Assembly: GCA_963975385.1 (NCBI GenBank)
Contig: CAXBHG010000001.1
Span: 4,460-68,459, forward strand
Direction: 5' to 3'
Source of the DNA: an uncultured Brevundimonas sp.
GTDB taxonomy: Bacteria > Pseudomonadota > Alphaproteobacteria > Caulobacterales > Caulobacteraceae
DNA: 64,000 nt
The number at the start of each line of letters is the position of its first letter. Positions within the stretch are counted from its first letter, which is position 1. A program made the position numbers and the translations under genes. This document shows positions 63,157 to 64,000 of this stretch, in pieces. Under the pieces are notes generated by a model that did no database searches, was not told the origin of the DNA, and saw only the letters and a program-made list of their open reading frames with translations.

Positions 63157-64000
63157 TCAGAGCACCCGGTCGCAGATCGCGATCAGCCGGTCGACGTCGT
63201 CCGCATCCTGATACAGGCCGAAGCCGAAGCGGACGGTGTCATCGCGCACGTCGGTGACCACATTGGCCGCCAGCAGCTGCGCCCGCCAGGCCTGGGCGTC
63301 GGGGTGGCGGAAGGCCAGAAACCGCGCCCGACTGATGTCAGTGTCCAGCGGATTGATCCGTTCGGCCTCGGCCAGCCGGCCGACCTCGCCGGCGATCACG
63401 GCCGTCTCGAACCGCTGCATCAGCCCGCGGGCATGGTCGGCGATCATCGCCGTGGTCAGGCCCTGCGCCTCCAGCATCCGCCGCACGCCGTTGAAGCGGT
63501 ACAACGGGGTGGCGTCAAAGGTCGCGCCCCAGAACCGTCCGGCATCGGCGCGGTACTGCACCCCGTCCGGCGGCCCCATCAGATTGCCGAACTCGGCGAA
63601 CCAGCCGGTGATGACCGGACGCGCGCAATAGCCGTCGGGGGCGTGCAGAAACCCTGCCCCTTCGCCGGCCATCGCATATTTGTAGCCTCCCCCGACATAG
63701 AAGATCCGGTCGGCCACTGCGGACAGGTCGGTCGGGGTGGCCATGAAGCCGTGATAGCCGTCGATCACCACCCACGGTCCCGCCGGTTTCGCCAGCGCGG
63801 CCAGGTCGGCGATGCCGCCGAATACCTGTCCGGTCTTGAAGAAAACCTGGCTGATCACGATCAGGTCGAATTCGCCGGTTCGGGCGGCCTCGATGAAGCG
63901 GGCGTCAAAGGTATCGAACGGGGCCAGCGGAATCCGGGCCACCTCGGCCTCGCCCGCCTCGTGCCAGCGATCAGCCTGACGCCGGAAGGCATGGAACTCG
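63157..64000 (-). CDS. Class V PLP-dependent aminotransferase fold enzyme (kynureninase-like), 5'-truncated by window edge
   Basis: Frame is open to the window end; VIDGYH, GGGYKYAMAGEG (PLP Lys), GWFA, VRFGFG. Confidence 0.85.
   Translation of the reverse strand, partial: EFHAFRRQADRWHEAGEAEVARIPLAPFDTFDARFIEAARTGEFDLIVISQVFFKTGQVFGGIADLAALAKPAGPWVVIDGYHGFMATPTDLSAVADRIFYVGGGYKYAMAGEGAGFLHAPDGYCARPVITGWFAEFGNLMGPPDGVQYRADAGRFWGATFDATPLYRFNGVRRMLEAQGLTTAMIADHARGLMQRFETAVIAGEVGRLAEAERINPLDTDISRARFLAFRHPDAQAWRAQLLAANVVTDVRDDTVRFGFGLYQDADDVDRLIAICDRVL

Overview
GC-rich alphaproteobacterial chromosome segment. Gene content and order point to Caulobacteraceae, most likely Brevundimonas. It is almost entirely core genome: tandem S9 peptidases, moeB, a BLUF protein, hslVU, rlmN, several peptidases, tRNA-Gly(GCC), a phytase/TonB-receptor pair, an orphan PAS kinase, lpdA, xerC, tal, priA, atpHAGDC, the obgE-proBA-nadD-rsfS-rlmH-envC-like-S41 protease-rppH cluster, ald/aldR, a full general-stress-response locus (entericidin, phyK, sigT, nepR, phyR), a Zur/TonB receptor pair and mmsA. 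I found no integrase, transposase, prophage or CRISPR array, and no clearly novel multi-gene system. The best signals are small and absent from the ORF track: (1) four exact GGAAC-N16-CGTT sigma-T promoters, one driving a GsrN-like sRNA; (2) a second structured C-rich RNA candidate behind the entericidin gene; (3) a Tat-like double-domain aspartyl protease with no ATG/GTG/TTG start (CTG start plus an overlapping 10-codon uORF); (4) a 41-44 bp palindromic repeat family with compensatory changes; (5) a PriA lacking one Zn site. Family assignments come from motif recognition only, with no database searches.
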